Shown: positions 20,382 through 30,292, numbered from the stretch's first letter. The stretch is 61,517 nucleotides of DNA from Syntrophales bacterium (GCA_030654195.1 JAURXV010000037.1:1-61517), one strand, 5' to 3'. The notes: a model not told the origin generated them from the sequence alone. Numbers and translations are program-made.

Positions 20382-21095
20382 CTATAACCCCAGATAGGCC
20401 CGTTTCACCTCTTCGTTGTTCAAAAGGCTTTCGGCGGCCCCCTCCAGGGTGATCCGGCCGTTCTCCAGGACGTAACCCCGGTGGGCGATCTTGAGGGCCA
20501 TGTTCGCGTTCTGTTCCACGAGAAGGATCGTCGTCCCGTTTTCCCGGTTGATCTTCGGGATTATCCGGAAGATCAACTGAAAGATCAGCGGGGCGAGGCC
20601 GAGGGAGGGTTCGTCAAGCAGCAGCAGACGTGGCCGGGCCATCAGGGCGCGGGAGATGGCAAGCATCTGCTGTTCCCCCCCGCTGAGCGTCCCTCCCGGC
20701 TGGTGGCGCCGCTCTTTAAGGATCGGGAAAAGCGAAAAGATGTACTCTATGTCCCTGGCGATCTCACCCCCGTCATTCCGGAGGAACGCCCCCATGGCAA
20801 GGTTTTCCGTCACCGTGAGGAGCGGAAAGATCCGGCGCCCTTCGGGGACCTGTGAGACCCCCAGAGCAACGATCTCGTGCGGTTCGACGCGATGAATCGG
20901 TTTTCCCAGAAAGAGGATCTCGCCGCGGCGCGGCGGCACGATGCCGCAGATCGTCATGAGCGTGGTGGACTTGCCCGCGCCGTTGGCGCCGATCAGGGTG
21001 ATGATCTCCCCCTCGTTGATTGACAGGTTGATACCTTTGAGGGCCATGATATTGCCGTAAAAGGTCTCGACGTTCCGGAGTTCAAGCATCGCCAT
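20382..21095 (-). CDS. livF: Branched-chain amino acid ABC transporter ATPase
   Basis: GANGAGKST, VPEGRRIF, LSGGEQQML, LDEPSLGLAP. Confidence 0.93.
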   Translation of the reverse strand: MAMLELRNVETFYGNIMALKGINLSINEGEIITLIGANGAGKSTTLMTICGIVPPRRGEILFLGKPIHRVEPHEIVALGVSQVPEGRRIFPLLTVTENLAMGAFLRNDGGEIARDIEYIFSLFPILKERRHQPGGTLSGGEQQMLAISRALMARPRLLLLDEPSLGLAPLIFQLIFRIIPKINRENGTTILLVEQNANMALKIAHRGYVLENGRITLEGAAESLLNNEEVKRAYLGL

Positions 21096-21882
21096 GGAAA
21101 TCCTCCCCCAGATACGCCTTGATCACATCCGGATTTTCCCAGATCTGGGCGGCGGTCCCTTCCGCAATCTTCTCGCCGTAGTCCAGGACGATGATCCGGT
21201 TGGAGAGGCTCATCACCATCCGCATGTCGTGTTCGATCATCAGGATCGAGATCTTCGCCTCATCGCGGATTCGGACGATCAGCTCCTCGAGTTCATCCGT
21301 TTCCCGCGGGTTCATCCCGGCCGCCGGTTCGTCGAGGAGCAGCAGGAACGGTTCTGTGGCCAACGCCCGGGCGATTTCCAGACGGCGCTGGGCCCCGTAA
21401 GGGAGATTCTTCGCCGGCTCATCCGCCTGGTCGGCGAGGCCGGTCCGGACGAGGATCTCGTAACTGCGATCGACGATTTCCTGCTCTTCCCGTCTGGTTT
21501 TCCTCCCCCGGAGGACCGCCCCAAGAACGCCGGCCTTCGCCCGGCAGTGGCGACCGATCATCACGTTCTCCAGGACCGTCATGTTGGAAAAGAGGCGGAT
21601 GTTCTGAAAGGTCCGGGCGATCCCCATCTCCGCGATGCGGTTGATCTTGATGCCGTTGATCCGCCGTCGCCCGCCAGGGGTCGGCGAGATGAAGATATCC
21701 CCTTCGGTCGGCTCGTAGATTCCCGTCAGGCAGTTGGAGAAGGTGGTCTTCCCCGAGCCGTTTGGGCCGATCAGAGCGACGATCTGTTCCTGTCGGACCT
21801 CGAGATCGACGGAGTCGATCGCCCGGAGCCCCCCGAAATTCATCGTCAGACTGTTCACGGTGAGGACGCTGTCCATATTCAC
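21082..21882 (-). CDS. livG: Branched-chain amino acid ABC transporter ATPase
   Basis: GPNGSGKTT, RTFQNIRLF, LPYG.QRRLEIARA, DEPAAG, EHDM. Confidence 0.93.
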   Translation of the reverse strand: MNMDSVLTVNSLTMNFGGLRAIDSVDLEVRQEQIVALIGPNGSGKTTFSNCLTGIYEPTEGDIFISPTPGGRRRINGIKINRIAEMGIARTFQNIRLFSNMTVLENVMIGRHCRAKAGVLGAVLRGRKTRREEQEIVDRSYEILVRTGLADQADEPAKNLPYGAQRRLEIARALATEPFLLLLDEPAAGMNPRETDELEELIVRIRDEAKISILMIEHDMRMVMSLSNRIIVLDYGEKIAEGTAAQIWENPDVIKAYLGEDFHGDA

Positions 21883-23111
21883 GCCTGCGCCGGCCGGCTC
21901 TCCTTTCCCTTTGTTCCGTACCGGTAGACCCGCCGGATGTTCGTCACGATCCCCTGCGGGCGGAAGACCATCATCAGGACCATCGCCGTTCCGAACAGGA
22001 GCATCCGGTAGGCGCTGAAGGCCCGGAGGTATTCAGGCGTCAGGATCAGGATCAGCGCGCCCAGGATCACCCCCGCAATCGATCCCATGCCCCCCAGGAC
22101 GACGATCGAGAGGATCATCGCCGATTCCATGAAGGTGAAGCAGGCCGGGTTGATGAAGGTGGTTTTTGCGGCGAAGATCACGCCGACCATCCCCGCCCAG
22201 GTCGCCCCGAGGGCGAAGGCGGTGAGCTTCGTTCGGGTCTTGTCGATCCCCATCGCCTGGCAGGCGACCTCGTCCTCCCGGAGCGCGATCCAGGCCCGGC
22301 CTATGCGCGAATCCTGCAGCCTGTTCACGACGAAGATCGTGAACAGACACAGGGCGACCATCAGATAATAGATGTAGATGGTCGCCTCGTTGAGCGTCAT
22401 CGATATGCCGAAGAGTCCCGGCCGGGAGATGTTGGCGATCCCGCTCGGTCCGAAGGAGAACGCGTTCCAGTTTTCGAGGATCAGGCGGATGATCTCGCCA
22501 AAACCGAGCGTGACGATGGCCAGGTAGTCGCCCCGGAGGCGAAGAACCGGAAAACCCAGAAGGATCCCGAAGAGGGCGCCGAGGAGGCCGCCGACGGGGA
22601 GGATCGCCCAGAAGCCGAGGCCGAAGTGGTGGTTGAGCAGCGCGTAGCTGTAGGCGCCGACGGCATAAAAAGCGACGTAGCCCAGATCCAGCAAACCCGC
22701 CAGGCCGACCACGATGTTCAGACCCAGCCCCAGCATCACGTAAATCAGGGCGGTGGTCATGATGTTGGTCTGGTAGCTGGAAAAGAGGAGGGGAAAGGCG
22801 ATCGTGAAGAGCGCCAGCGCGGTTAGAGCCGGCCGGTAGATCCTTGGTTCCGCCAGAAGACGCCGGCCGAGCGGCAGGGTCTCGACGTTTCCTGTCTCCG
22901 CCGGCTGCCGGCCCTTCTCCTTCCGACTTAACAGCCAGCGCCAGACGAAGGAGAGGAGGAAGCTGCCGATCCCGATGAATGCCATGTTGCGCCACCGCCA
23001 CTCGACGACTTTCTCGATCGTATTGACCCGGATGACCAGGATCGGAAAGGTCAGAAGCATGAACCAGAGTGAGATGAAAAATGATTTTATGAATTCCGCC
23101 GAGGCTTTCAT
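21879..23111 (-). CDS. livM: Branched-chain amino acid ABC transporter permease
   Basis: GLNIVVG.AGLLDLGY, LRGDYLAIVTLGFGEI, VVLGGMGS. Confidence 0.93.
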   Translation of the reverse strand: MKASAEFIKSFFISLWFMLLTFPILVIRVNTIEKVVEWRWRNMAFIGIGSFLLSFVWRWLLSRKEKGRQPAETGNVETLPLGRRLLAEPRIYRPALTALALFTIAFPLLFSSYQTNIMTTALIYVMLGLGLNIVVGLAGLLDLGYVAFYAVGAYSYALLNHHFGLGFWAILPVGGLLGALFGILLGFPVLRLRGDYLAIVTLGFGEIIRLILENWNAFSFGPSGIANISRPGLFGISMTLNEATIYIYYLMVALCLFTIFVVNRLQDSRIGRAWIALREDEVACQAMGIDKTRTKLTAFALGATWAGMVGVIFAAKTTFINPACFTFMESAMILSIVVLGGMGSIAGVILGALILILTPEYLRAFSAYRMLLFGTAMVLMMVFRPQGIVTNIRRVYRYGTKGKESRPAQA

Positions 23112-23130
23112 GGACCGGTGGTAACCTCCC

Positions 23131-24033
23131 CTATACCTTCTGCACGGACGACCGGCCCAGAATGCCCGCCGGACGGAAGATCAGGATCAGGACCAGCAGA
23201 CAGAAGGCAAACACATCCTCATAGTCGCTGGAGACGTAGCCCGTGGCGAAACTCTCCGTCCAGCCGAGGACCAGACCGCCCAGGACCGCCCCGGGGATGC
23301 TGCCGATCCCCCCCAGGACGGCGGCGGTAAAGGCCTTGATCCCGGTGATGAATCCGATGGAGAAATTGATCCGGCCGATGTGGGAGGCGATCAGCACCCC
23401 GCCGATCGCAGCCAGGGCGGAGCCGACGATGAAGGTGTTCGAGATGACCCGGTTGACGTTCACCCCCACGAGCATAGCCATATGGCGGTCTTGGGCAGTG
23501 GCCCGCATCGCTTTGCCGAGCTTCGTGAACTTGATGAAAAAGGTCAGCGCGGCCGTGGCCAGTGCGGTGGTAAGGACGATGATCAATTCGGTCGACCCCA
23601 TGATATGGGAGTAAGGTTCCATGAAGGGGAGAACGGGAAGCAAATTCGGGAACGGCAGGAAATCGGAGGTCTGGGCGATCAGGACGTAGTTCTGCAGGAA
23701 GATCGACATCCCGATGGCGCTGATCAAGGGCGAGAGGCGCGGCGCCTGGCGCAGCGGCTTGTAGGCGATCTTCTCGACGGTGAAGCCGTACGCGGCGGCG
23801 TAGAGAACGGCCACGACGGAGGCCAGGATCAGGACCGATACCCCCGTCATCCCGTTCATGGTGAGGACGGAGGCGACGATGAGCGCGGTGAAGGCTCCGA
23901 TCATGTAGATCTCGCCGTGGGCGAAATTGATCAGCTCGATGATCCCGTAGACCATCGTATAGCCCAGCGCGATCAGGGCGTAGATGCTGCCCCGCGTGAG
24001 TCCTCCGATCGCCAGTTCCAGAAAATAATCCAT
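23131..24033 (-). CDS. livH: Branched-chain amino acid ABC transporter permease
   Basis: YALIALGYTMVYGI..LINFAHGE, KAFTAAVLGGIG. Confidence 0.93.
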   Translation of the reverse strand: MDYFLELAIGGLTRGSIYALIALGYTMVYGIIELINFAHGEIYMIGAFTALIVASVLTMNGMTGVSVLILASVVAVLYAAAYGFTVEKIAYKPLRQAPRLSPLISAIGMSIFLQNYVLIAQTSDFLPFPNLLPVLPFMEPYSHIMGSTELIIVLTTALATAALTFFIKFTKLGKAMRATAQDRHMAMLVGVNVNRVISNTFIVGSALAAIGGVLIASHIGRINFSIGFITGIKAFTAAVLGGIGSIPGAVLGGLVLGWTESFATGYVSSDYEDVFAFCLLVLILIFRPAGILGRSSVQKV

Positions 24034-24060
24034 ATCAAACCGCGGTCCGGAGCTCAAAAT

Positions 24061-24186
24061 CCCCTCCCCCTTGACGGGGGTTAATAATCTTCCCTCCCCC
24101 TTGATGGGGGTTAATAATCTTCCCTCCCCCTTGATGGGGGTTAATAATCTTCCCTCCCCCTTGATGGGGGAGGGTCAGGGTGGGGG
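24061..24186. repeat. Tandem 30-bp palindromic repeat (three full units plus a terminal REP-like unit)
   Basis: Unit (T/C)CCCTCCCCCTTGA(T/C)GGGGGTTAATAATCT at 24061, 24091 and 24121; fourth unit ends GGGGGAGGGTCAGGGTGGGGG. Confidence 0.9.
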
Positions 24187-24219
24187 TGAGGAAATATTTC
24201 ACTTTTTACGGAGCCGTCA

Positions 24220-25350
24220 TTATTTAACCTCGACGTAGACCCCTTTGCGGACCTGGTAGACCGAGAAGCCCACGCCGATCGCATCCCCCCGCTTGTCGAA
24301 CTTGATCTTGCCGAGGGGCGTTTCGACAAACTGGGTCTGAAGGGCCTGCCCGAGGGCCGCATAGTCCGTCGAACCGGCCTTCTGCATTGCGTTTAGGATC
24401 GCCTGGGTCGCGGCGATGCCGTTCAGGAAAAACGCGCCCGGATCGGCGCCGTAGGCCTTCTTGTGCGCCTCGATGGCGGAGATGGCCAGCGGGTTTTTAG
24501 TGGTGTCCCTGGGGCCGGTGGCGTACACCCCTTCCGCATACTTCTGGGCGACCTTGATGAATGTGTCGTCCTTCACCCCGTCGTCGGAGATGAAGAAGAT
24601 CTTCATTCCCTTCTTGCGCATCTGGGCGACGATCGAGGAGGCCTCCGGATGGTAGCCGCCGTAGATCACCGCCTCGGCGTCGGCCCGTTTGATCTTCTGG
24701 ACGACCGCGGAGTAGTCGACGGCGCCCGGGGTGATCCCTTCGAAGAGAACGACGGTCGCCTTTTTTGACTCCTCGATGAATTTCTTCGCATACTCGGCGA
24801 GTCCCTTGCCGTAGTCCCCCTTGTCGTGGAGGACGGCGATCTTCTTCACCTTCAGTTTGCCGATGGCGAATTCCACCTCCATGCGGGCCTGTGCGTCATC
24901 GGAGGCGATGGTCCGGTAGAAGTTGGGATACTGGCCGCTCTGCGTCAGATCGGGATTGGTGGCCGAAGGAGAGATGACGACGAGCTTGGCATCCTTATAG
25001 ATGCCGAGGGCCGCCTTGGTCGCTCCGCTGCAGATATGGCCGATGACGGCGTTCACGTTCTGGGAAACCAGCTTGGTCGCCGTGTTCGTGGCCAATTCGG
25101 GCTTGCAGACGTCGTCCTCCACCAGGAGCTCCACCTGTCTGCCCAGCACCCCCCCTTTGGCGTTGATCTCCTTGACGACCAGTTCCGCGGCCTTCACCGT
25201 CGGCAGCCCGTACGAGGCAAGATCGCCGCTGTGGGCGCCTGCCACCCCCAGTTTGATAGCATCGGCGGCGAAGAGGGGTCCGAAAGGGAGCGCCGTCAGA
25301 AATGCGGCGCAGAAAAATGCCAGGAACGTCCGTCGGGAATGGTGGTCCAT
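24220..25350 (-). CDS. livK: Branched-chain amino acid ABC transporter substrate-binding protein
   Basis: Signal peptide, INAKGGVLG, DD.CKP, GHICSG, YGKGLA; first gene of the liv operon. Confidence 0.88.
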   Translation of the reverse strand: MDHHSRRTFLAFFCAAFLTALPFGPLFAADAIKLGVAGAHSGDLASYGLPTVKAAELVVKEINAKGGVLGRQVELLVEDDVCKPELATNTATKLVSQNVNAVIGHICSGATKAALGIYKDAKLVVISPSATNPDLTQSGQYPNFYRTIASDDAQARMEVEFAIGKLKVKKIAVLHDKGDYGKGLAEYAKKFIEESKKATVVLFEGITPGAVDYSAVVQKIKRADAEAVIYGGYHPEASSIVAQMRKKGMKIFFISDDGVKDDTFIKVAQKYAEGVYATGPRDTTKNPLAISAIEAHKKAYGADPGAFFLNGIAATQAILNAMQKAGSTDYAALGQALQTQFVETPLGKIKFDKRGDAIGVGFSVYQVRKGVYVEVK

Positions 25351-25469
25351 AGGAATACCTCCTTTAGTCAGAATTCACTGAGATCTATATATAAAATTCT
25401 TTGCGAGTCAAGGGAAATGAACAGAAGTGCGGGCCGTCTTTTTGAAAGATTCAGATCCTCCGGATCCTT

Positions 25470-26597
25470 TCAAATTTTTCCGTGGAGAATCTCCCTCAGC
25501 GCCTCGGAGAGCAGGGTCACGTTTTCGCGCCTGCTGGAGAAGCCCATCAGCCCGACGCGCCAGATCTTGCCTTTCAGGGGGCCGAATCCGCCGGCGATAT
25601 CGATGTTGTACGCCTCGCGCAGGCGCGTCCGGACGGCCGCATCATCCACGCCGTCGGGAACGCAGATCGTGCTCAGCGAGGGCAGGCGGTTCTCCCTCGG
25701 AACAAAGAGCTTCAAACCGAGGGTTGCCATCTTGTCCCAGAGATACTCGGCGATGGCCTGATGACGGAACCAGCGGTCCTCCAGGCCTTCTTCAAGGACA
25801 AGCCGCAACCCTTCGCGGAAGCCATAATGGAGGGTCGTGGAGGGTGTATGGTGATATACCCTCTCCTTGTTCCAGTATTTTTCGATCATCGTCAGATCGA
25901 GGTACCAATTCGGAACGCGGTTTTTCCGGCGGTAGAGGGCCTCACGGGCCTGATCGCCGACGGTAAATGGGGAAAGGCCGGGAGGGCAGCCGAGGCATTT
26001 CTGCGATGCGCTGAACGCCACGTCGATTCCCCAGCCGTCGATGTTGAGCGGAACGCCGCTCAGAGAGGTGACGCAGTCGATCAGAAAGAGGGCGCCGTGC
26101 CGGTGAACGACCTCGGCCATTCCCTCCAGCGGCTGAAGCGCGCCGGTGGACGTTTCCGCATGGATCAGGGCCAGGATCTTGACAGGTTTGTTTTCGGCGA
26201 GGGCGGTTTCGATCTCGGCCGGCGTGAACACGCCGCCCCAGGGTTTTTCGATCCGCTTCACATTGGCGCCGTAAAGTTTCGCCATCTCGCACATCCGTTC
26301 GCTGAAATAGCCGTTGCAACCGATGACGACCGTATCGCCGGGTTCGACGAAATTGCAGAAGGCGGTTTCCATTCCGGCGCTGCCCGTTCCCGACATCGGA
26401 AAGGTCATGGTATTTTTGGTCTGAAAGACCGCCCGGAGAAGGGCCTGCTCTTCGTCCATCAGCGAGAGCCACTCCGGATCGAGATATCCGACAAGCGCGG
26501 TGCTCATCGTGCGCAGGACGCGGGGATGAACGGCGCTGGGGCCGGGGCCGAGAAGCAGACGTTGCGGTACATTCAGATCATTGATTGCGAGTGCCAT
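25470..26597 (-). CDS. Class V PLP aminotransferase (alanine-glyoxylate/serine-pyruvate type)
   Basis: LLGPGPS, SGTG.AGME, HAETSTG, DCVTSL, SQKCL..PPG, WRVGLMG. Confidence 0.9.
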   Translation of the reverse strand: MALAINDLNVPQRLLLGPGPSAVHPRVLRTMSTALVGYLDPEWLSLMDEEQALLRAVFQTKNTMTFPMSGTGSAGMETAFCNFVEPGDTVVIGCNGYFSERMCEMAKLYGANVKRIEKPWGGVFTPAEIETALAENKPVKILALIHAETSTGALQPLEGMAEVVHRHGALFLIDCVTSLSGVPLNIDGWGIDVAFSASQKCLGCPPGLSPFTVGDQAREALYRRKNRVPNWYLDLTMIEKYWNKERVYHHTPSTTLHYGFREGLRLVLEEGLEDRWFRHQAIAEYLWDKMATLGLKLFVPRENRLPSLSTICVPDGVDDAAVRTRLREAYNIDIAGGFGPLKGKIWRVGLMGFSSRRENVTLLSEALREILHGKI

Positions 26598-26754
26598 ATT
26601 TATCCTCATCTATATGAATTTGGAAGATATTTTTCAAGAAAACCCGTCGAGGCAATCACCTCACCCAGGCGCAAGCCCCTCAAAAAAGCGGAATCCGGAT
26701 ACAATAGGAGCGTTGAAATGTCAAGAAATATGAATATGCACGATATTAATATAC

Positions 26755-27262
26755 TAATGTGCATGATGAGCGTTTTGCCGCTACCGGTTGCCATCCAGAA
26801 GGCCAGCTTCTTCAGGTCCGACTCCGAGAACTTCGCATCCTTAGTATCGCCGGCGGTCTTGGCGGCGTTGCGCTTCTCGATAAAATGGTTCAGCGAACGG
26901 AGCATCTCTCCCCGGCGGTGGAAGTACCAGTCCAGGAAGATTTCCGTGTAGAGAACCGCCAGGTGCTGAAAGTACCGAAACCTGATCGGCTCGGGCCTCC
27001 GGGCGTTCATGGTGTGTAAGTGTTCGCGGATGTTATCGTCATAACGGGCCAGGTCGGCCAGCGGAATCCTGACCTTATCCCCGCGCCCCTCCAGTCGGTG
27101 ATAGACGTAGCTGCGGCCCGAGGCGTCGAAACCTTCGCTTGCTTCTTTCGTGTCCGCCAGCAGATCGCGGTTATTGTCGAATCCGAAATGCCCGTTCAGC
27201 CAGGCCAGCAGGACCAGCCGCCGCTCGAGCTTCACGTATTCCGATTTGCCGTTTCGAATCAC
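26755..27262 (-). pseudogene. 5' fragment of a type III restriction (Res, SF2 helicase) subunit
   Basis: RYFQHLAVLYTEIFLD and KKLAFWMATGSGKTLIMHI (Walker A), then abrupt change to AT-rich sequence carrying a TTGACA element upstream of the aminotransferase. Confidence 0.75.
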
Positions 27263-27263
27263 A

Positions 27264-27635
27264 TCACTCCTCCAGTTGGGGAGGGGGCGGTACCAAGGGT
27301 TCCAGGAGCATGATCAATTCCGGGACTCGTTCCCGTACGATTCTGTAAATCTCAGGGTAGTTGACCTTGTCGTACTCATGGCTGATAACATTACGCAAGC
27401 CGACCAGTTCCTTCCAGGGAATCTCGGCATGCTCGTCGCGGAAGCGCGGGCTGACTCTGCGCGCCGCCTCCCCGAGAATCTCCAACTTTCGCTCCACCGC
27501 CAGCCGCGTGATCTGCCTGTCCCTGCCGGCCGCCAGGAATTCTTCAAGCGTGAGGTTTTCCGTGAAATCCACGACGGCCCGCGCCGCCTCAAGCATGTCC
27601 CATAGGTTGGCCGGATCACGCTCCTCAGGCCGCAT
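27264..27635 (-). CDS. hepT: HEPN/DUF86 ribonuclease toxin
   Basis: AVER.LEILGEA, IPW, RNVISHEY (RX4HXY). Confidence 0.85.
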   Translation of the reverse strand: MRPEERDPANLWDMLEAARAVVDFTENLTLEEFLAAGRDRQITRLAVERKLEILGEAARRVSPRFRDEHAEIPWKELVGLRNVISHEYDKVNYPEIYRIVRERVPELIMLLEPLVPPPPQLEE

Positions 27636-27927
27636 AGATCACCTCGCAGTTGCTCAAGATGTGGTGCCGACGGAAAGGGTTCCTTATCGCTCTCTTCTCC
27701 ACCAGGTCCACGTCCCGTCCGAAGATCTGTTTCAGCTCCTCCTCGGCCTTCATGTGGCCGAAGAGATCCCACTTCGCATCATCTTTAAATACCACCAGCA
27801 CATCCACGTCGCTGTCGGATCGGAAGTCATCTCCGAGGGCCGAGCCGAAGATGGCCAGTTCCTTGATTTGCCATCTCCGACAGAACTCCACCACCGTCTC
27901 CTGCGGTATCCGTAACTTTACGCTCAT
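27625..27927 (-). CDS. mntA: Minimal nucleotidyltransferase antitoxin
   Basis: IFGSALGDDFRSDSDVD (GSX10DXD), FGRDVDLV; overlaps hepT. Confidence 0.85.
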   Translation of the reverse strand: MSVKLRIPQETVVEFCRRWQIKELAIFGSALGDDFRSDSDVDVLVVFKDDAKWDLFGHMKAEEELKQIFGRDVDLVEKRAIRNPFRRHHILSNCEVIYAA

Positions 27928-28136
27928 GATTGCACCTCCGCGAACATCCGGGCCTTGAACACCGGTTCCAGCGCCCTGGCATTAGGGATGAACGAATCGC
28001 CGTTGATAAAAATCTCATCCGCGCCTTCGGTCAGTTTCTGCGCGGCCACGAACTTCTTGTCCCGCTCCAGGTCAGCGCAATTGAACTGAAAAATCTCGCG
28101 CAGAAGCCGTTGGAATTTTTCTATGGGCTGATCCAT
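27924..28136 (-). pseudogene. Internally deleted type III R-M methyltransferase (Mod) remnant, N- and C-termini fused in frame
   Basis: KFQRLLREIFQFNCADL resembles Mod N-termini and EIFINGDSFIPNARALEPVFKARMF resembles Mod C-termini (recall); no catalytic motifs; lies upstream of the Res fragment. Confidence 0.6.
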
Positions 28137-28210
28137 GTGGTTCCCTCTATTTTTACATGTTCATACAGATAACATCATTGGTGACCATATTTTTGTGGAT
28201 TACGGAATGA

Positions 28211-28239
28211 AAACTACACTTTCCTATGGCTTATGTCAA
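28211..28239 (-). promoter_or_regulatory. Putative sigma-70 promoter upstream of mod remnant-mntA-hepT
   Basis: Minus strand TTGACA, 17 bp spacer, TAGTTT. Confidence 0.45.
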
Positions 28240-28467
28240 ATGTGGGTTTCGGGAAAATGCGCGTGATCCGAATTAACGGGAAATAGGCCATTAAGCCTTC
28301 ACACCTTTCAATCCGAGATCAATGAACTCGCCCGACATGTAAAGGCGCGTCTTTGTATTTGAAGTCTGATATTTAATCTTCTACGTTCCGCATTGACTTC
28401 AAGAAGGAGCAAATGTTTGTTGATGCCACCTAATTCCTTCCAGAATCGGCTGTCGGCTTTCAACCCG

Positions 28468-28749
28468 CTATGCCTTCCTTCGCCTCAACACCATCCTGAT
28501 CGCGATATAGGGGAAGAGGAAAAGAAGAAAATTGCAGCCCTTTACAAAGGCCATGCCGTAATAATTCAGCAAGTCGTATTCGTGTCTCGATATTTGAAAC
28601 AACCTGGCATGTATCGTGTAGCCGGCATCCCCGCCGAACAGGAAGAAGATAAACCAGAGCGTAATGAAGACAACGCCTATGACAAAGCACCGAATCAAAA
28701 TGCTGGAAAGGACTTCCAGATCGCTTATGAAACTTAACGATTCATTCAT
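28468..28749 (-). CDS. Small membrane protein (DUF6868-like)
   Basis: Two hydrophobic segments, IHARLF.IS..EYD..NYYGMAF.K, FPYIA; overlaps the fba stop. Confidence 0.6.
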   Translation of the reverse strand: MNESLSFISDLEVLSSILIRCFVIGVVFITLWFIFFLFGGDAGYTIHARLFQISRHEYDLLNYYGMAFVKGCNFLLFLFPYIAIRMVLRRRKA

Positions 28750-29776
28750 TTTTCACCTCCCGGTTGTATTGAATTCCCACCAGGGCGGTCATGATCTCCG
28801 GCGCCCGACCGGCGCTTCCGAGGACCTCCCGATTCTTGCGGGCGTACATATCCCGGAGGGCCTCCCTGGCCGGCCCCAGATACTTTCGCGGATCGAACTC
28901 CTCCGGCTTCCGGGCAAAGATCTCGCGGATTTTCGCCGTCATGACAAGCCTCCCGTCGGAATCGATATTGATCTTGCAGACAGCCGAGCGGGCGGCCTCC
29001 CGGAGCTGCTCCTCGGGGATCCCGACGGAATCTTTGATGCTTCCTCCGCATCGGTTGATCGTCTCTACGGCATCCTGCGGGATGGATGAAGAGCCGTGCA
29101 GGACAATGGGGAAACCGGGGATACGCCGTTCGATTTCATGGAGAATGTCGAGACGGATGCGCGGGGATTGGCCCACCTTGAATTTGTACGCCCCGTGGGA
29201 GGTTCCGATCGAAATGGCGAGGGAATCGACCCCGGTGCGGGAGACGAAATCCTCCACCTCCTCTGGACGCGTATAGGTATGGCTCTCCGCGGCGACCTCG
29301 TCCTCCACGCCGGCCAGGACGCCCAACTCCCCCTCGACGGTCACGTCGTGAAGATGGGCGAAATCGACGACCCTGCGCGTCAGCGCCGCATTCTCTTCAT
29401 AGGCATGATGGGACCCGTCGATCATGACCGAGGAAAAGCCCGATTCGATGCAGGAGACGCAGAGGTCATAGGAGTCGCCGTGATCGAGATGGAGGGCGAT
29501 CGGGATCTCCCCCAACCCCTTCTCTGCCGCCTCCCGCTTTATCATCTCCACTGCGCCGTGCGCCATATGGCCCAGAAGCGTCCGGTCCGCATAATCCCTC
29601 GCCCCTTTCGAAACCTGGATGATGACGGGCGATTGGGTCTCCAGACAGGAAAGAACTATCGCCTGGAGCTGTTCCATATTGTTGAAATTGTAGGCCGGAA
29701 CGGCGAATCCCGCCCGCACGGCCACCGAAAACATCACCCGCGTATTGACAAATCCGAGAGACCTGTAATGAATCAT
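28742..29776 (-). CDS. fba: Fructose-bisphosphate aldolase class II
   Basis: ALHLDHG, SSVMIDGS, VEGELG, IGTSHGAYK, VLHGSS, KINIDSDGR; GGAG RBS before ATG 29776. Confidence 0.93.
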   Translation of the reverse strand: MIHYRSLGFVNTRVMFSVAVRAGFAVPAYNFNNMEQLQAIVLSCLETQSPVIIQVSKGARDYADRTLLGHMAHGAVEMIKREAAEKGLGEIPIALHLDHGDSYDLCVSCIESGFSSVMIDGSHHAYEENAALTRRVVDFAHLHDVTVEGELGVLAGVEDEVAAESHTYTRPEEVEDFVSRTGVDSLAISIGTSHGAYKFKVGQSPRIRLDILHEIERRIPGFPIVLHGSSSIPQDAVETINRCGGSIKDSVGIPEEQLREAARSAVCKINIDSDGRLVMTAKIREIFARKPEEFDPRKYLGPAREALRDMYARKNREVLGSAGRAPEIMTALVGIQYNREVKNE

Positions 29777-30046
29777 CCTCTCCCCTCCTGATCTTATAAA
29801 TGCCGGTTCGGTGACGCACAACAGACAGAGCGGCTTTCGGCCCCGTCCACCATTTTCTTCAGATTTCCTTCTTAAATTGATATCATAGGTTCGTGGCGAC
29901 AGCAAGACCTTTCCGTCACCGCATGCGCACATCCCCCTTGACAAAGCGCCATTTTCTTCATAGTGAACAATCGTTAAATACGCTATGAAAGATATCATCA
30001 CGCGCATTCCGAACGAATAAATGGAGCATGCCGGAGGAGGAGGAAG

Positions 30047-30292
30047 ATGACCGTTAAGATGTATACGCTGAGCACATGCGGCCACTGCAGGGCGGCAAAG
30101 CAGTTCATGGGAGAGCACGCGGTTTCCCATGAATTCACCGATGTGGACCTTTTGGCCGGCGATGCGAGGAAAGCCACCTTGGATGAGGTCCGCAAATACA
30201 ACCCTGGATGCAGTTTCCCGACCATTCTGGTTGGGGATAAGGTGATCATCGGTTTCAACGAGAAGGCGCTCCGGGAGGCCCTCGGACTATGA
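30047..30292 (+). CDS. Glutaredoxin/NrdH-like redoxin
   Basis: YTLSTCGHC (CXXC), SFPTI, IIGF; GGAGGA RBS. Confidence 0.9.
   Translation: MTVKMYTLSTCGHCRAAKQFMGEHAVSHEFTDVDLLAGDARKATLDEVRKYNPGCSFPTILVGDKVIIGFNEKALREALGL

Noticed and set aside
24061-24186. Possible CRISPR array
   Set aside because: The sequences between palindromes are identical 10-bp linkers, not unique spacers, and no cas genes are present
26606-26754. C-terminal tail of the 218-aa ORF as real protein
   Set aside because: It is read-through into the AT-rich upstream region of the aminotransferase after Res similarity ends
29777-30130. 118-aa N-terminal extension of fba in the ORF track
   Set aside because: It overlaps the divergent redoxin gene, and a good RBS precedes ATG 29776
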